42,409 bases of DNA from Patescibacteria group bacterium. Its GTDB lineage: Bacteria; Patescibacteriota; Minisyncoccia; HO2-45-28. A program made the position numbers and the translations under genes. Positions 34,689 to 42,409 of this stretch are shown here, piece by piece (the stretch's first letter is position 1; each line of letters begins with the position of its first letter). The stretch covers positions 1-42,409 of the forward strand of contig JADFMT010000002.1 of NCBI GenBank assembly GCA_022563755.1, in the 5' to 3' direction. The notes under the pieces are model-generated. The model saw nothing but the letters and a program-made list of their open reading frames with translations. It did not search any database and was not told where the DNA came from.

Positions 34689-37187
34689 TCACGCATTCTT
34701 GCCATGGCAGTGCTTATACTTAACGGATTTCCCGTCAGGCTTAGTCGCTCCGCACGGACAAGGTTCGTTGCGGCCGACCTTACGAAGTTTTGGGCCTTCC
34801 GCGCCTGTTTTAGCAGGAACATCGTACTTTGAAGGATGCTCACCGATTAGATGCGCTTCTTGGTGGATGGCTTCAAGAGGCTTTTGTTCTATGGCCGGGG
34901 CCTCCACAACGCGAAGTGCCAGAGTTGAAATATGCTCCTCAATAGAACCCTCAAGCTCACGAAAAAGCCGGACAGCTTCATTTTTATATTCAACCAAGGG
35001 ATCACGCTGTCCGTAGGCACGAAGCCGCACGGATGAACGCATATATTCCATAACATCTAAATGCTCCATCCAGAAATGATCAATAGTTTGCAGCCAAAGC
35101 ATCCGTAATATATGCGCAAATTCCTTCTCCCCCATCTCTTCTCTCTTTTTTTCAAAAATATTCGCCTTATCATCTTCAAAGAGTGCTTTACTACGCTCTA
35201 TAATATCGAGGGGTTTTGAAAAAAGCGCCTCCTTTCTTCTGCGATAAATTGCCGTTCTATGTTTATTCATCACGTCGTCATACTCCAGAAGGTGTTTACG
35301 AGTATCGAAGCTAAAACCTTCTACTTTTGCCTGCGCGGATTCCAAGGCGCGCGAGACCATTTTATTCTCTACCGCCTGATCTTCTGGAATGTTAAGCGCT
35401 TTCATCATGCTCTTTATCTTCTCAGATCCAAAAATGCGCAGGAGGTCGTCATCAAACGAAACAAAAAATTGCGTCTCGCCCTTATCGCCTTGACGGCCAG
35501 AACGCCCTCGAAGCTGATTATCAATCCGGCGCGCCTCGTGGCGTTCAGTACCCATTACAAAAAGTCCGCCGGCTTCCCGTACTTTTCTTGCCTCATCGGT
35601 TTCTGGAGGATTACCCCCAAGCACAATATCCACTCCGCGACCGGCCATATTGGTTGCAACCGTAACCGCTCCTAACATACCGGCCTGGGCGATAACTTTT
35701 GCCTCCTCCTCATGGTTTTTTGCATTCAGGAGTTGATGTCTTATACCTTCTTGCTTCAAAAGACTGGAGAGTAGTTCATTTTTCTCAACGGACGCCGTCC
35801 CAATAAGAATCGGCTGTCCCTGTTCACTACGCGCTCTAATTTCTCGAAGCACTGCTTTCCATCTTCCGCTCTCATTCTGAAATACTTTATCCGGAAGATC
35901 GCGTCGAATGAGCGGCAGATTCGTGGGAATCACGACAACTTCCAGATTATAGACTTTGTGAAATTCTTCGGCCGAGGTTTCCGCAGTTCCAGTCATACCA
36001 GAAAGTTTCTTGTAGAGGCGAAAATAATTTTGAAATGTGATCGAGGCTACGGTACGCGATTCTTTCTGGACCATAACCCCCTCCTTTGCCTCAACTGCCT
36101 GGTGTAAACCCTCTCCCCACCGGCGGCCGGGCATCAGACGCCCGGTAAATTCATCCACAATAACCACCTCTCCATTTTTCACCACATAATCTTTATCGCG
36201 ATGATGCAGAGCTTTTGCGCGAACAGCTTGCTCCAAATGATGCACATATTTAATACCCCCTTCGGTATACAGGTTGCTGATTTTGAGCATTTTCTCCACC
36301 CGTTCAATCCCTTCGTCGCTCAAACTTATGGCGCGCAGTTTCTCATCAATTGTATAGTCGCGATCTACCTGAAGCTTTTCGGCCACACCCGTAAATTTCT
36401 GGTAGAGCTCTCCCGATTCTGCATCCGGCGCGGAGATAATCAGTGGAGTGCGCGCCTCGTCAATTAAAATCGAATCGACCTCATCCACAATAGCAAAGTG
36501 ATAATCCCGCCCGGATATCTGCTCGGGGCTGTAGGCTAAGTTGTCTCTAAGAAAATCAAAGCCAAATTCGTTGTTCGTCCCATAGGTGATATCGGCCGCG
36601 TAAGCCTCTTTTCGCGGGCAGGGCCGCAAAAATTCATGGATAACCTGAAATGAACCTTGCCTGTCGCGTTCCTCATCTTTACTTGTATGACTTTCGTCAT
36701 ATATATAACCCGCCTCGTGATTAATACATCCGATCGTAAGACCCAATGCATGATATATCTGCCCCATCCATACCGTATCGCGACGCGCCAAATAATCATT
36801 CACCGTTACGATGTGTACTCCTTTTCCGTAAATAGCATTCAAATAAGCAGGTAGGGTGGCAACCAGTGTTTTTCCTTCTCCGGTTTTCATCTCAGAGATT
36901 TTTCCTTGGTGAATGATAATGCCTCCTAAAAGCTGAACATCAAAGTGTCGCTGGCCAAGTGTGCGTTTGGCTGCTTCGCGAACGGCTGCAAACGCTTCGG
37001 GTAATAATGCGTCCAGCGTTACTCCTGCGCCTAGCTTTTTTTTAAATTCAGCGGTTTTAGACTTCAATTCGCCGTCCGCCAATTTATCAAATTCACCTTC
37101 TTTTGCATTAATCTCTGCAAGAGTACCCTTAAATCCTTTAAGAAAACGTGCGTTTGAGTCCCAAAAAATCTTAGCAAATAGTGCCAT
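34689..37187 (-). CDS. secA: Preprotein translocase SecA
   Basis: MKTGEGKT, DEVDSILIDEARTPLIIS, ATNMAGRG, QLRGRSGRQG, C-terminal SEC-C GRNEPCPCG..KHCHG. Confidence 0.98.
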   Translation of the reverse strand: MALFAKIFWDSNARFLKGFKGTLAEINAKEGEFDKLADGELKSKTAEFKKKLGAGVTLDALLPEAFAAVREAAKRTLGQRHFDVQLLGGIIIHQGKISEMKTGEGKTLVATLPAYLNAIYGKGVHIVTVNDYLARRDTVWMGQIYHALGLTIGCINHEAGYIYDESHTSKDEERDRQGSFQVIHEFLRPCPRKEAYAADITYGTNNEFGFDFLRDNLAYSPEQISGRDYHFAIVDEVDSILIDEARTPLIISAPDAESGELYQKFTGVAEKLQVDRDYTIDEKLRAISLSDEGIERVEKMLKISNLYTEGGIKYVHHLEQAVRAKALHHRDKDYVVKNGEVVIVDEFTGRLMPGRRWGEGLHQAVEAKEGVMVQKESRTVASITFQNYFRLYKKLSGMTGTAETSAEEFHKVYNLEVVVIPTNLPLIRRDLPDKVFQNESGRWKAVLREIRARSEQGQPILIGTASVEKNELLSSLLKQEGIRHQLLNAKNHEEEAKVIAQAGMLGAVTVATNMAGRGVDIVLGGNPPETDEARKVREAGGLFVMGTERHEARRIDNQLRGRSGRQGDKGETQFFVSFDDDLLRIFGSEKIKSMMKALNIPEDQAVENKMVSRALESAQAKVEGFSFDTRKHLLEYDDVMNKHRTAIYRRRKEALFSKPLDIIERSKALFEDDKANIFEKKREEMGEKEFAHILRMLWLQTIDHFWMEHLDVMEYMRSSVRLRAYGQRDPLVEYKNEAVRLFRELEGSIEEHISTLALRVVEAPAIEQKPLEAIHQEAHLIGEHPSKYDVPAKTGAEGPKLRKVGRNEPCPCGATKPDGKSVKYKHCHGKNA

Positions 37188-37239
37188 AAAACAAGCCTTA
37201 TTTTAGCACGTTTTTGCACTTACGGAAAGTGCCAAAAAA

Positions 37240-37270
37240 TAAAAGCGGAACCTTTGCGGTTCCGCTTTTA
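37240..37270. terminator. Terminator after the speD-like gene
   Basis: taaaagcggaacc-tttgc-ggttccgctttta. Confidence 0.8.
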
Positions 37271-37272
37271 CG

Positions 37273-37656
37273 CTAGCCAGGCCCAATATGTTCGAGGACA
37301 TTCCGCTTCGAACAATTTAGGTCTGGCTGAAAAACCCCTCGTAAATAATCGGCAGCTTTGATCGGATCGGCTTTCTTTCCACATGTAGAAATATCTACAC
37401 GAATATAGCCGCGTTCGGGCCAACCATGGACATGGACTGTAAGATGCGATTCGGAAAGCTGCAGCGTGGCGGTTAATCCTTGTGGAGAAAATTCATGTTT
37501 GAGTGGTTGCGCTCCCTCTTCCACAACCTTTACTCCAGCAACTTTCGCCGCTTCCCTCATGATCACAAGCATTTCCTCAGGATCCTGAGGAAGACAGCGA
37601 CAATGGAAAAGGTCATCGATAACGGTTGTGCCATAATGAACGCCCTCTGTCGTCAT
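37273..37656 (-). CDS. speD: S-adenosylmethionine decarboxylase proenzyme family (SpeD class 1b)
   Basis: H.F.PQG.T....L.ESH...H.WPE.GY..VD..TCG; SD TAAGGAGG 6 nt upstream. Confidence 0.85.
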   Translation of the reverse strand: MTTEGVHYGTTVIDDLFHCRCLPQDPEEMLVIMREAAKVAGVKVVEEGAQPLKHEFSPQGLTATLQLSESHLTVHVHGWPERGYIRVDISTCGKKADPIKAADYLRGVFQPDLNCSKRNVLEHIGPG

Positions 37657-37749
37657 TTCCCGCCTCCTTATTTTATGGTTGTGGTTTATTTAACCAAAAG
37701 GTACAACTAAAAATACAGTGTAGCGTTTTACTCACAAAAATCAAGACAG

Positions 37750-38325
37750 TCAAGGCTGTGGAAAACTAAAAAGAAAAACGGCTGCCGCAAATACCGTTGT
37801 CCACCATCCGTTCTTATTCACGCGTGCGGTTTGCGTTATGTTAAAGGTTTTTACAATTTTGCCAGACATCTTAAATACTTTCTCTCGTTCATCCCAAGAA
37901 ATATTTGGATCAAAATGAAGTCCAAGCGTAGCTGCAAGCATTTGCGCGGCAAGATCTTCTGCGTAATCCCCTGCATTCTGTTTTACCTTGCCGAAACCAT
38001 GGAATTCAGAAAGATAGCCGTACTGTTTCGTATCTTTAGGCACTGCAGCGCCAATAGAAGCGGCTAGCAGTCTGCCCGGTTCGTTCGAAGAAATTCGTGC
38101 ATGCACACTAAAAAGAATGCTGCCTTCTTTTCCTTTTAAATTTCCCAAACCTTCCTCGCGACTAATCCGCTTGCACCCAACGGGCAAAATACTTGAGAGC
38201 GATGATAATAAGTTAAACGGCGCAATACCTGCGTGGCGAAGGGCAACTTCAAATGAAGTTAATTCCTCTTTGTGCGCCCCAACACCTCGGGTAAAAAAAA
38301 CTTTCTCAGGCATCCAAATATTCAT
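37750..38325 (-). CDS. pdaD: Pyruvoyl-dependent arginine decarboxylase
   Basis: P.KVFFT.GVG.H.E.L.SFE.ALR.AGIA.FNL...SSILP, GYLSE.H, YAEDLAA.MLA.TLG, WTT..AAAV. Confidence 0.88.
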   Translation of the reverse strand: MNIWMPEKVFFTRGVGAHKEELTSFEVALRHAGIAPFNLLSSLSSILPVGCKRISREEGLGNLKGKEGSILFSVHARISSNEPGRLLAASIGAAVPKDTKQYGYLSEFHGFGKVKQNAGDYAEDLAAQMLAATLGLHFDPNISWDEREKVFKMSGKIVKTFNITQTARVNKNGWWTTVFAAAVFLFSFPQP

Positions 38326-38648
38326 CGGGAGTGTCTTTCTTTGTATTTTTTAATCTCGCCTAGAAGCTCGTACTTTACCTCGTCCACCGAAGCACGCAGA
38401 CTCTCGGTAAGTGCTTCTGCTCGCAGCATTTTCTTCTGGTAGGGCAGCGAGAGCTGCGCCTCGGCTCGCCATATCTTTCCTTTTCGATGATGCCGAGTGG
38501 TACGCGCAAGCTCGATATCAAACTGAATATCAGCCTTCTCGTCCAAGCGTTTCAAAAGCTTGGTGACTGGCCTTACTAGTTTTTCCTCAATTAGCGCCTC
38601 GACTGCGGGTGAGCGCCCAAAGTTCGTGGTTTTGATTAATATACGCAT
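38322..38648 (-). CDS. hpf: Ribosome hibernation factor (short HPF/RaiA family)
   Basis: M.I.IK..N...S.A....IEEK, HHRKG.I.RAE, LRAE....L.ASVDEV..EL......KE. Confidence 0.88.
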   Translation of the reverse strand: MRILIKTTNFGRSPAVEALIEEKLVRPVTKLLKRLDEKADIQFDIELARTTRHHRKGKIWRAEAQLSLPYQKKMLRAEALTESLRASVDEVKYELLGEIKKYKERHSR

Positions 38649-38675
38649 ATCTCTAAAATATCACTATATATTCAA

Positions 38676-38710
38676 AAACAAAACAGTCGCCCTAGGCGAC
38701 TGTTTTGTTT
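38676..38710. terminator. Strong 16-bp hairpin terminator
   Basis: aaacaaaacagtcgcc-cta-ggcgactgttttgttt. Confidence 0.8.
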
Positions 38711-38731
38711 CCGCTCATGAGCGGATGTTTG

Positions 38732-38791
38732 TTAGCGGCGGCTTTTTCGTCGTTTCTTCGGAGCCGCTTTCTTCTTTTTTCTTTTCACCAT
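38732..38791 (-). CDS. Putative 19-aa highly basic micropeptide
   Basis: MVKRKKKKAAPKKRRKSRR (13/19 K/R), followed immediately by two hairpins. Confidence 0.45.
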   Translation of the reverse strand: MVKRKKKKAAPKKRRKSRR

Positions 38792-39004
38792 CAGTCTAGA
38801 CTATTTAATCTTGCAACAAACATCGACCGCGGTATGTTCGTTGTTCCAATAATACATGCAGAGCGTAAAAAAATTTGAAAAATCTTTTTACTTTTCTACT
38901 CCCAAGGTGCATCTATATTTATTATCCCAAACTTGAAACACAAAAACAACGAAAAACAACCAAAACTGTGGATAACTTCCAATTTTTCGCTACAAGAAAA
39001 TCTA

Positions 39005-39712
39005 TCACAATTTCTCTTCAATATCTTGAATTTCTTTCTCCATGTTTCGCCCTAACGTATCGAGTTCGCGAAGAACATGTTCTTTCCGGGCGCGTTCATC
39101 GGCTGAAAGTTTTTTCCCAGACAATTCTAAAATACGGAGTTCATCTAAAAGGTCGCGACGAAGTTCTGAGAGTCCTTCGCGAACCGAATCCTTAGCTTCC
39201 CTAATTTCCTTCGTTAGCAATCGCGCATTCAGTCGCTTTACTTTCCATGAAAAATACCAAAAAGCAGCTATACCCAAAGCCAATAAAACGACCACTAAAA
39301 ACGAAAGGAATGCGAATTTTATATTGATACCGCCAACCGTAATCCCAGAGACAATGGCCTTAAATACTCGCGGATTTGACCAGCTAGACGCGCTATCTTT
39401 GGCATGTAAAAGTCGCGCCCGCACTTCCCAATCGCCAGCCGTAAGCGGAACTTTCTCAGCAAGCACCCATTCGCCATTCACGTCGCTTCGCACGGTAAAA
39501 CGCACAGGCCGCGCGCCTTGCTTAGTTAGCTGAATTTGTACCGCAGAGTTCGGCCTAGAGACCCCTTCAATGTAGAGAATCTCATCCAATGGATAATACA
39601 CATCGGGGCTGATATTAATCGTAGGCGCAGGCAGATGCTCTGCGGCAATGAGAGTACCTGCAAATAAAAGAACCAAAGAAAGAGAGAAAGAGAATAATTT
39701 GAAAAGCTTCAT
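39005..39712 (-). CDS. Array paralogue 5: signal peptide, Ig-like domain, TM, cytoplasmic coiled coil
   Basis: PDVYYPLDEILYIEG, SDVNGEWV, GDWEVRAR, WSNPR, TM, E/K/R-rich tail. Confidence 0.85.
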   Translation of the reverse strand: MKLFKLFSFSLSLVLLFAGTLIAAEHLPAPTINISPDVYYPLDEILYIEGVSRPNSAVQIQLTKQGARPVRFTVRSDVNGEWVLAEKVPLTAGDWEVRARLLHAKDSASSWSNPRVFKAIVSGITVGGINIKFAFLSFLVVVLLALGIAAFWYFSWKVKRLNARLLTKEIREAKDSVREGLSELRRDLLDELRILELSGKKLSADERARKEHVLRELDTLGRNMEKEIQDIEEKL

Positions 39713-40365
39713 TAAATGTCCTTTAGCCTTCGATTAATTTCTCTTTCAACATGTTCAAGATCGCGCAATAACTTATCGCGATGTTCTTCTTCTTCTTTAG
39801 AAAGTGATCGTTTTCGCGCTAAATGCCGAAGCTCTTCGGCAACATTGCGGCGAAGTTCTGAAAAATCCTGCTCGATCTGGAGCCCGGTTTTTTCGCGAGC
39901 AACCTGGCGCATTCGAAAGAAAAGATAAAAAATGACACCGGCGGCAATCATTAAAAGAAATGCAATCGCGCTAAATCTTATATTCACCCTGCCAATGGTG
40001 ACTCCGGTGATAATAGATTTAATTATCCGCGGGTTTGACCAAAGAGAGGTTCTCTCAGCCTCGATGACGCGAGCACGAACCTCCCAGTTCCCTCCTTCCA
40101 GCGGAACTCTTTCAGCGAGCACCCATTCGCCGTTTTGGTCACTTCTCGTAACCAGTTTTAACGGTTTTGCTCCTGGTTTTAAAAATTGGATTTGAAGAGT
40201 CGCATTCGGTTTTGCCCTCCCCTCAAGATATAAAATTTCGTCCACGGGATAATAAATATCAGGGTTGACATAAATGGTTGGGGTCGGCAAATCAAAGGCG
40301 GCCGAGGCAACTCCGACAAAAAGAAGAAAAAGGACGACAATAACTGAATAATGATATCTAGTCAT
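39712..40365 (-). CDS. Array paralogue 4: signal peptide, Ig-like domain, TM, coiled coil
   Basis: PDIYYPVDEILYLEG, SDQNGEWV, GNWEVRAR, WSNPR. Confidence 0.85.
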   Translation of the reverse strand: MTRYHYSVIVVLFLLFVGVASAAFDLPTPTIYVNPDIYYPVDEILYLEGRAKPNATLQIQFLKPGAKPLKLVTRSDQNGEWVLAERVPLEGGNWEVRARVIEAERTSLWSNPRIIKSIITGVTIGRVNIRFSAIAFLLMIAAGVIFYLFFRMRQVAREKTGLQIEQDFSELRRNVAEELRHLARKRSLSKEEEEHRDKLLRDLEHVEREINRRLKDI

Positions 40366-41057
40366 AGAATGTCTCTTAATTTTTTCTCAATTGACTGTTC
40401 GGCTTCGCGAAGTCCTCTTAAAAGATGTTGGCGGTGATCCTCTTCTTTTGAGGAGAGCGGTCCCTGTCCGGCGCGTTCGGTTAAATGTTCGAGCTCGTCT
40501 AAAATGTTTCGCCTGAGCTCGGCAAAATTTTGCTCAATTAATACTTCGGCAGCTTCGCGCTCTTTCTCGCGCGTGACTTTCTTTACCCGTAAAAAGAAAT
40601 ACAAAATGGCAGCACCGCTTAAAATTAAGATGATAATCAAAAGAAAAATCAAAAAAGAAAATTTAATTGCAGCACCCCCAATACTCACGCCCGTTGCAAT
40701 CACGCGAATGATTCGCGGATTTGAGAAAGCAGATCCCAGTCCTGAACTTTCAATGATGCGCACTCGCACTTCCCAATTTCCGGCATTTAAAGGAACTTTC
40801 TGGGCAAACACCCATTCGCCGTTTATATCGCCCCTTACAATAAATTTTAAAGGCTTTGCGCCATCTTTTCGAAAGTTCACCTCAACATTGGTATTTGGCC
40901 GCGCTCTGCCCTCCAGATATAAAATTTCATCAAAGGGGTAATAGATATCCGGATTTACACCAATGGTTGGCGCGGGTAGATGCCTCACAGCAATTCCGGC
41001 CTCAGGAAATAAAAAAAACAAAGAAACAATCACGAGTAAAATAAGAAACGGTTTCAT
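40362..41057 (-). CDS. Array paralogue 3: signal peptide, Ig-like domain, TM, coiled coil
   Basis: PDIYYPFDEILYLEG, GDINGEWV, GNWEVRVR, FSNPR. Confidence 0.85.
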   Translation of the reverse strand: MKPFLILLVIVSLFFLFPEAGIAVRHLPAPTIGVNPDIYYPFDEILYLEGRARPNTNVEVNFRKDGAKPLKFIVRGDINGEWVFAQKVPLNAGNWEVRVRIIESSGLGSAFSNPRIIRVIATGVSIGGAAIKFSFLIFLLIIILILSGAAILYFFLRVKKVTREKEREAAEVLIEQNFAELRRNILDELEHLTERAGQGPLSSKEEDHRQHLLRGLREAEQSIEKKLRDIL

Positions 41058-41758
41058 GAAATATTTTCTATTTTTTTCTTAATCGTTTCCTCGACCTCTT
41101 TAAGCTCGCGCAAAAGATGCTCGCGATGTTCTTTTTCTTCCTCGCTTAATTTTCCATCTTTCAAGCGTTTTTCTATATGCTCTAACTCTTGAGTAATTTT
41201 TGCTCGAAGCTCGGCAAAATTCTGATCAATGACTGCGCCCACAGACTCAAGTTCTTTTTTGCGAAGCGCCTCTTGAAATTTTTCCTTCATGCGACGCGCT
41301 TGGATCATATAATACCATGCGCCTGCCGCAGAAATGATCAAAAGAATGACAATAATAAACGTAAGAAGAGCAAATTTAATCGTAACACTGCCAATTGTAA
41401 TTCCGGTAACAATTACTTTAAAAATGCGTGGGTTGGACCACGTAGATACCGCCCCTGAACTCTCGGCTACGCGCGCTCTTACCTGCCAATCTCCTTTCTC
41501 TAATGGGACTTTCTCCGCAAACACCCATTCTCCATTCCCATCGCTCTTTGAGGTAAGCGTAATCGGTTTTGCGCCCTGCTTTTGAAACTGAATCTGAACC
41601 GTGGAATTTGGCCGTGCTCGTCCTTCCAGATACAAAATTTCATCCCCGGCGTAATAAATATCCGGGCGAATCGCAATAGATGGGATTGGCAAATGCCCTG
41701 CAGCCCATCCCATCTTCGCAAAAAATATCATTGCAAGAAGAATTAGAATTTTTTTCAT
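41054..41758 (-). CDS. Array paralogue 2: signal peptide, Ig-like domain, TM, coiled coil
   Basis: PDIYYAGDEILYLEG, SDGNGEWV, GDWQVRAR, WSNPR. Confidence 0.85.
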   Translation of the reverse strand: MKKILILLAMIFFAKMGWAAGHLPIPSIAIRPDIYYAGDEILYLEGRARPNSTVQIQFQKQGAKPITLTSKSDGNGEWVFAEKVPLEKGDWQVRARVAESSGAVSTWSNPRIFKVIVTGITIGSVTIKFALLTFIIVILLIISAAGAWYYMIQARRMKEKFQEALRKKELESVGAVIDQNFAELRAKITQELEHIEKRLKDGKLSEEEKEHREHLLRELKEVEETIKKKIENIS

Positions 41759-42409
41759 GTCATGTTGTTTAACCGTTTCTCAATTTTTTCCTCGCACTCA
41801 CGTAAATCCTTAAATAACTTTTCGCGGTGGTTTTCTTCTTCTGCTGAAAGCCTCTTGCCGCCGTGCCTTTTTTCTAGATGTTCTAACTCTTCCATAATAC
41901 TTTCTCGAAGTTCATTAAAATCCTGTTCGAGGTGCGCTTGAGTGGCTTCGTGTTCCTTCTCGCGTACTTTTTGCTCAAGCGCTTCGGTTTTTTGACGAGT
42001 CTCCTGCTCGAACACCAAACGCTGAATCTTGCGTATACGCAAGACGGAATAGACAAAAAGCGCGATGCCCAATGCAAGAATGAAGATAAGAAGCAGAATG
42101 ATCGGCACATATCGTATTTTAATGGACCCGAATAGAAAGCCTGAGACCACTGAACGAATAATCCGAGGATTTGACCAATCAGAAATTCCGGGATTATTGA
42201 TGACTCGTGCCCTGACGGTCCATTCACCGCGCGCAAGCTCCAGGCGATCGGCGAAAAACCATTCTCCATTCGAGTTTACCGCAACCTGCAAGCGAACCGG
42301 CTGTCTATCTGGTTTTTCAAAAAATAATTCTACCTCAGATAGGGAAGTCGCGATTCCTTCAATATAGAGCGTCTCTTCTAGAGGGTAGTATTTAGTCGGC
42401 GCAACACTA
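41755..42409 (-). CDS. Array paralogue 1 (5'-truncated by the window edge): Ig-like domain, TM, coiled coil
   Basis: The frame stays open beyond the ORF-track start: SVAPTKYYPLEETLYIEG...VNSNGEW, GEWTVRAR, WSNPR. Confidence 0.85.
   Translation of the reverse strand, partial: SVAPTKYYPLEETLYIEGIATSLSEVELFFEKPDRQPVRLQVAVNSNGEWFFADRLELARGEWTVRARVINNPGISDWSNPRIIRSVVSGFLFGSIKIRYVPIILLLIFILALGIALFVYSVLRIRKIQRLVFEQETRQKTEALEQKVREKEHEATQAHLEQDFNELRESIMEELEHLEKRHGGKRLSAEEENHREKLFKDLRECEEKIEKRLNNMT

Noticed and set aside
39005..42409. Diversity-generating retroelement targets
   Set aside because: No reverse transcriptase and no near-identical template/variable repeat pair differing only at adenines is visible.

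Overview
Chromosomal window that looks like a Patescibacteria (CPR, Parcubacteria-like) genome. This is inferred from 16S signatures, a stand-alone 16S gene, a short ThrRS and the gene repertoire. It is mostly housekeeping: dnaB, recR, ftsQ, serS, ddl, trmD, KH protein, frr, holB, mreB, murA, dnaE, thrS, miaA, gatB, efp, secA, hpf/raiA, tRNA-Ala(TGC), tRNA-Ile(GAT) and a 16S rRNA gene with no adjacent 23S. Accessory content includes an ArsR-led thiol-redox operon, two clan-A glycoside hydrolases, three nucleotide kinase/phosphatase-like genes and two pyruvoyl decarboxylases. Main points of interest: (1) a >916-aa minus-strand ORF missed by the ORF track that joins an N-terminal HTH through one TM helix to a fibre/adhesin and beta-propeller region; (2) a 16S 3' tail with no anti-Shine-Dalgarno, apparently leaderless core genes, and a few accessory genes that still carry strong SD motifs; (3) a tandem, translationally coupled array of at least five paralogous Ig-like/TM/coiled-coil proteins; (4) short palindromic repeats, some inserted in frame in essential proteins, plus MITE-like elements around mreB-holB; (5) an EF-P with Gln at the normally modified Lys34 position. 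All product calls come from motif recognition by eye, not database searches.
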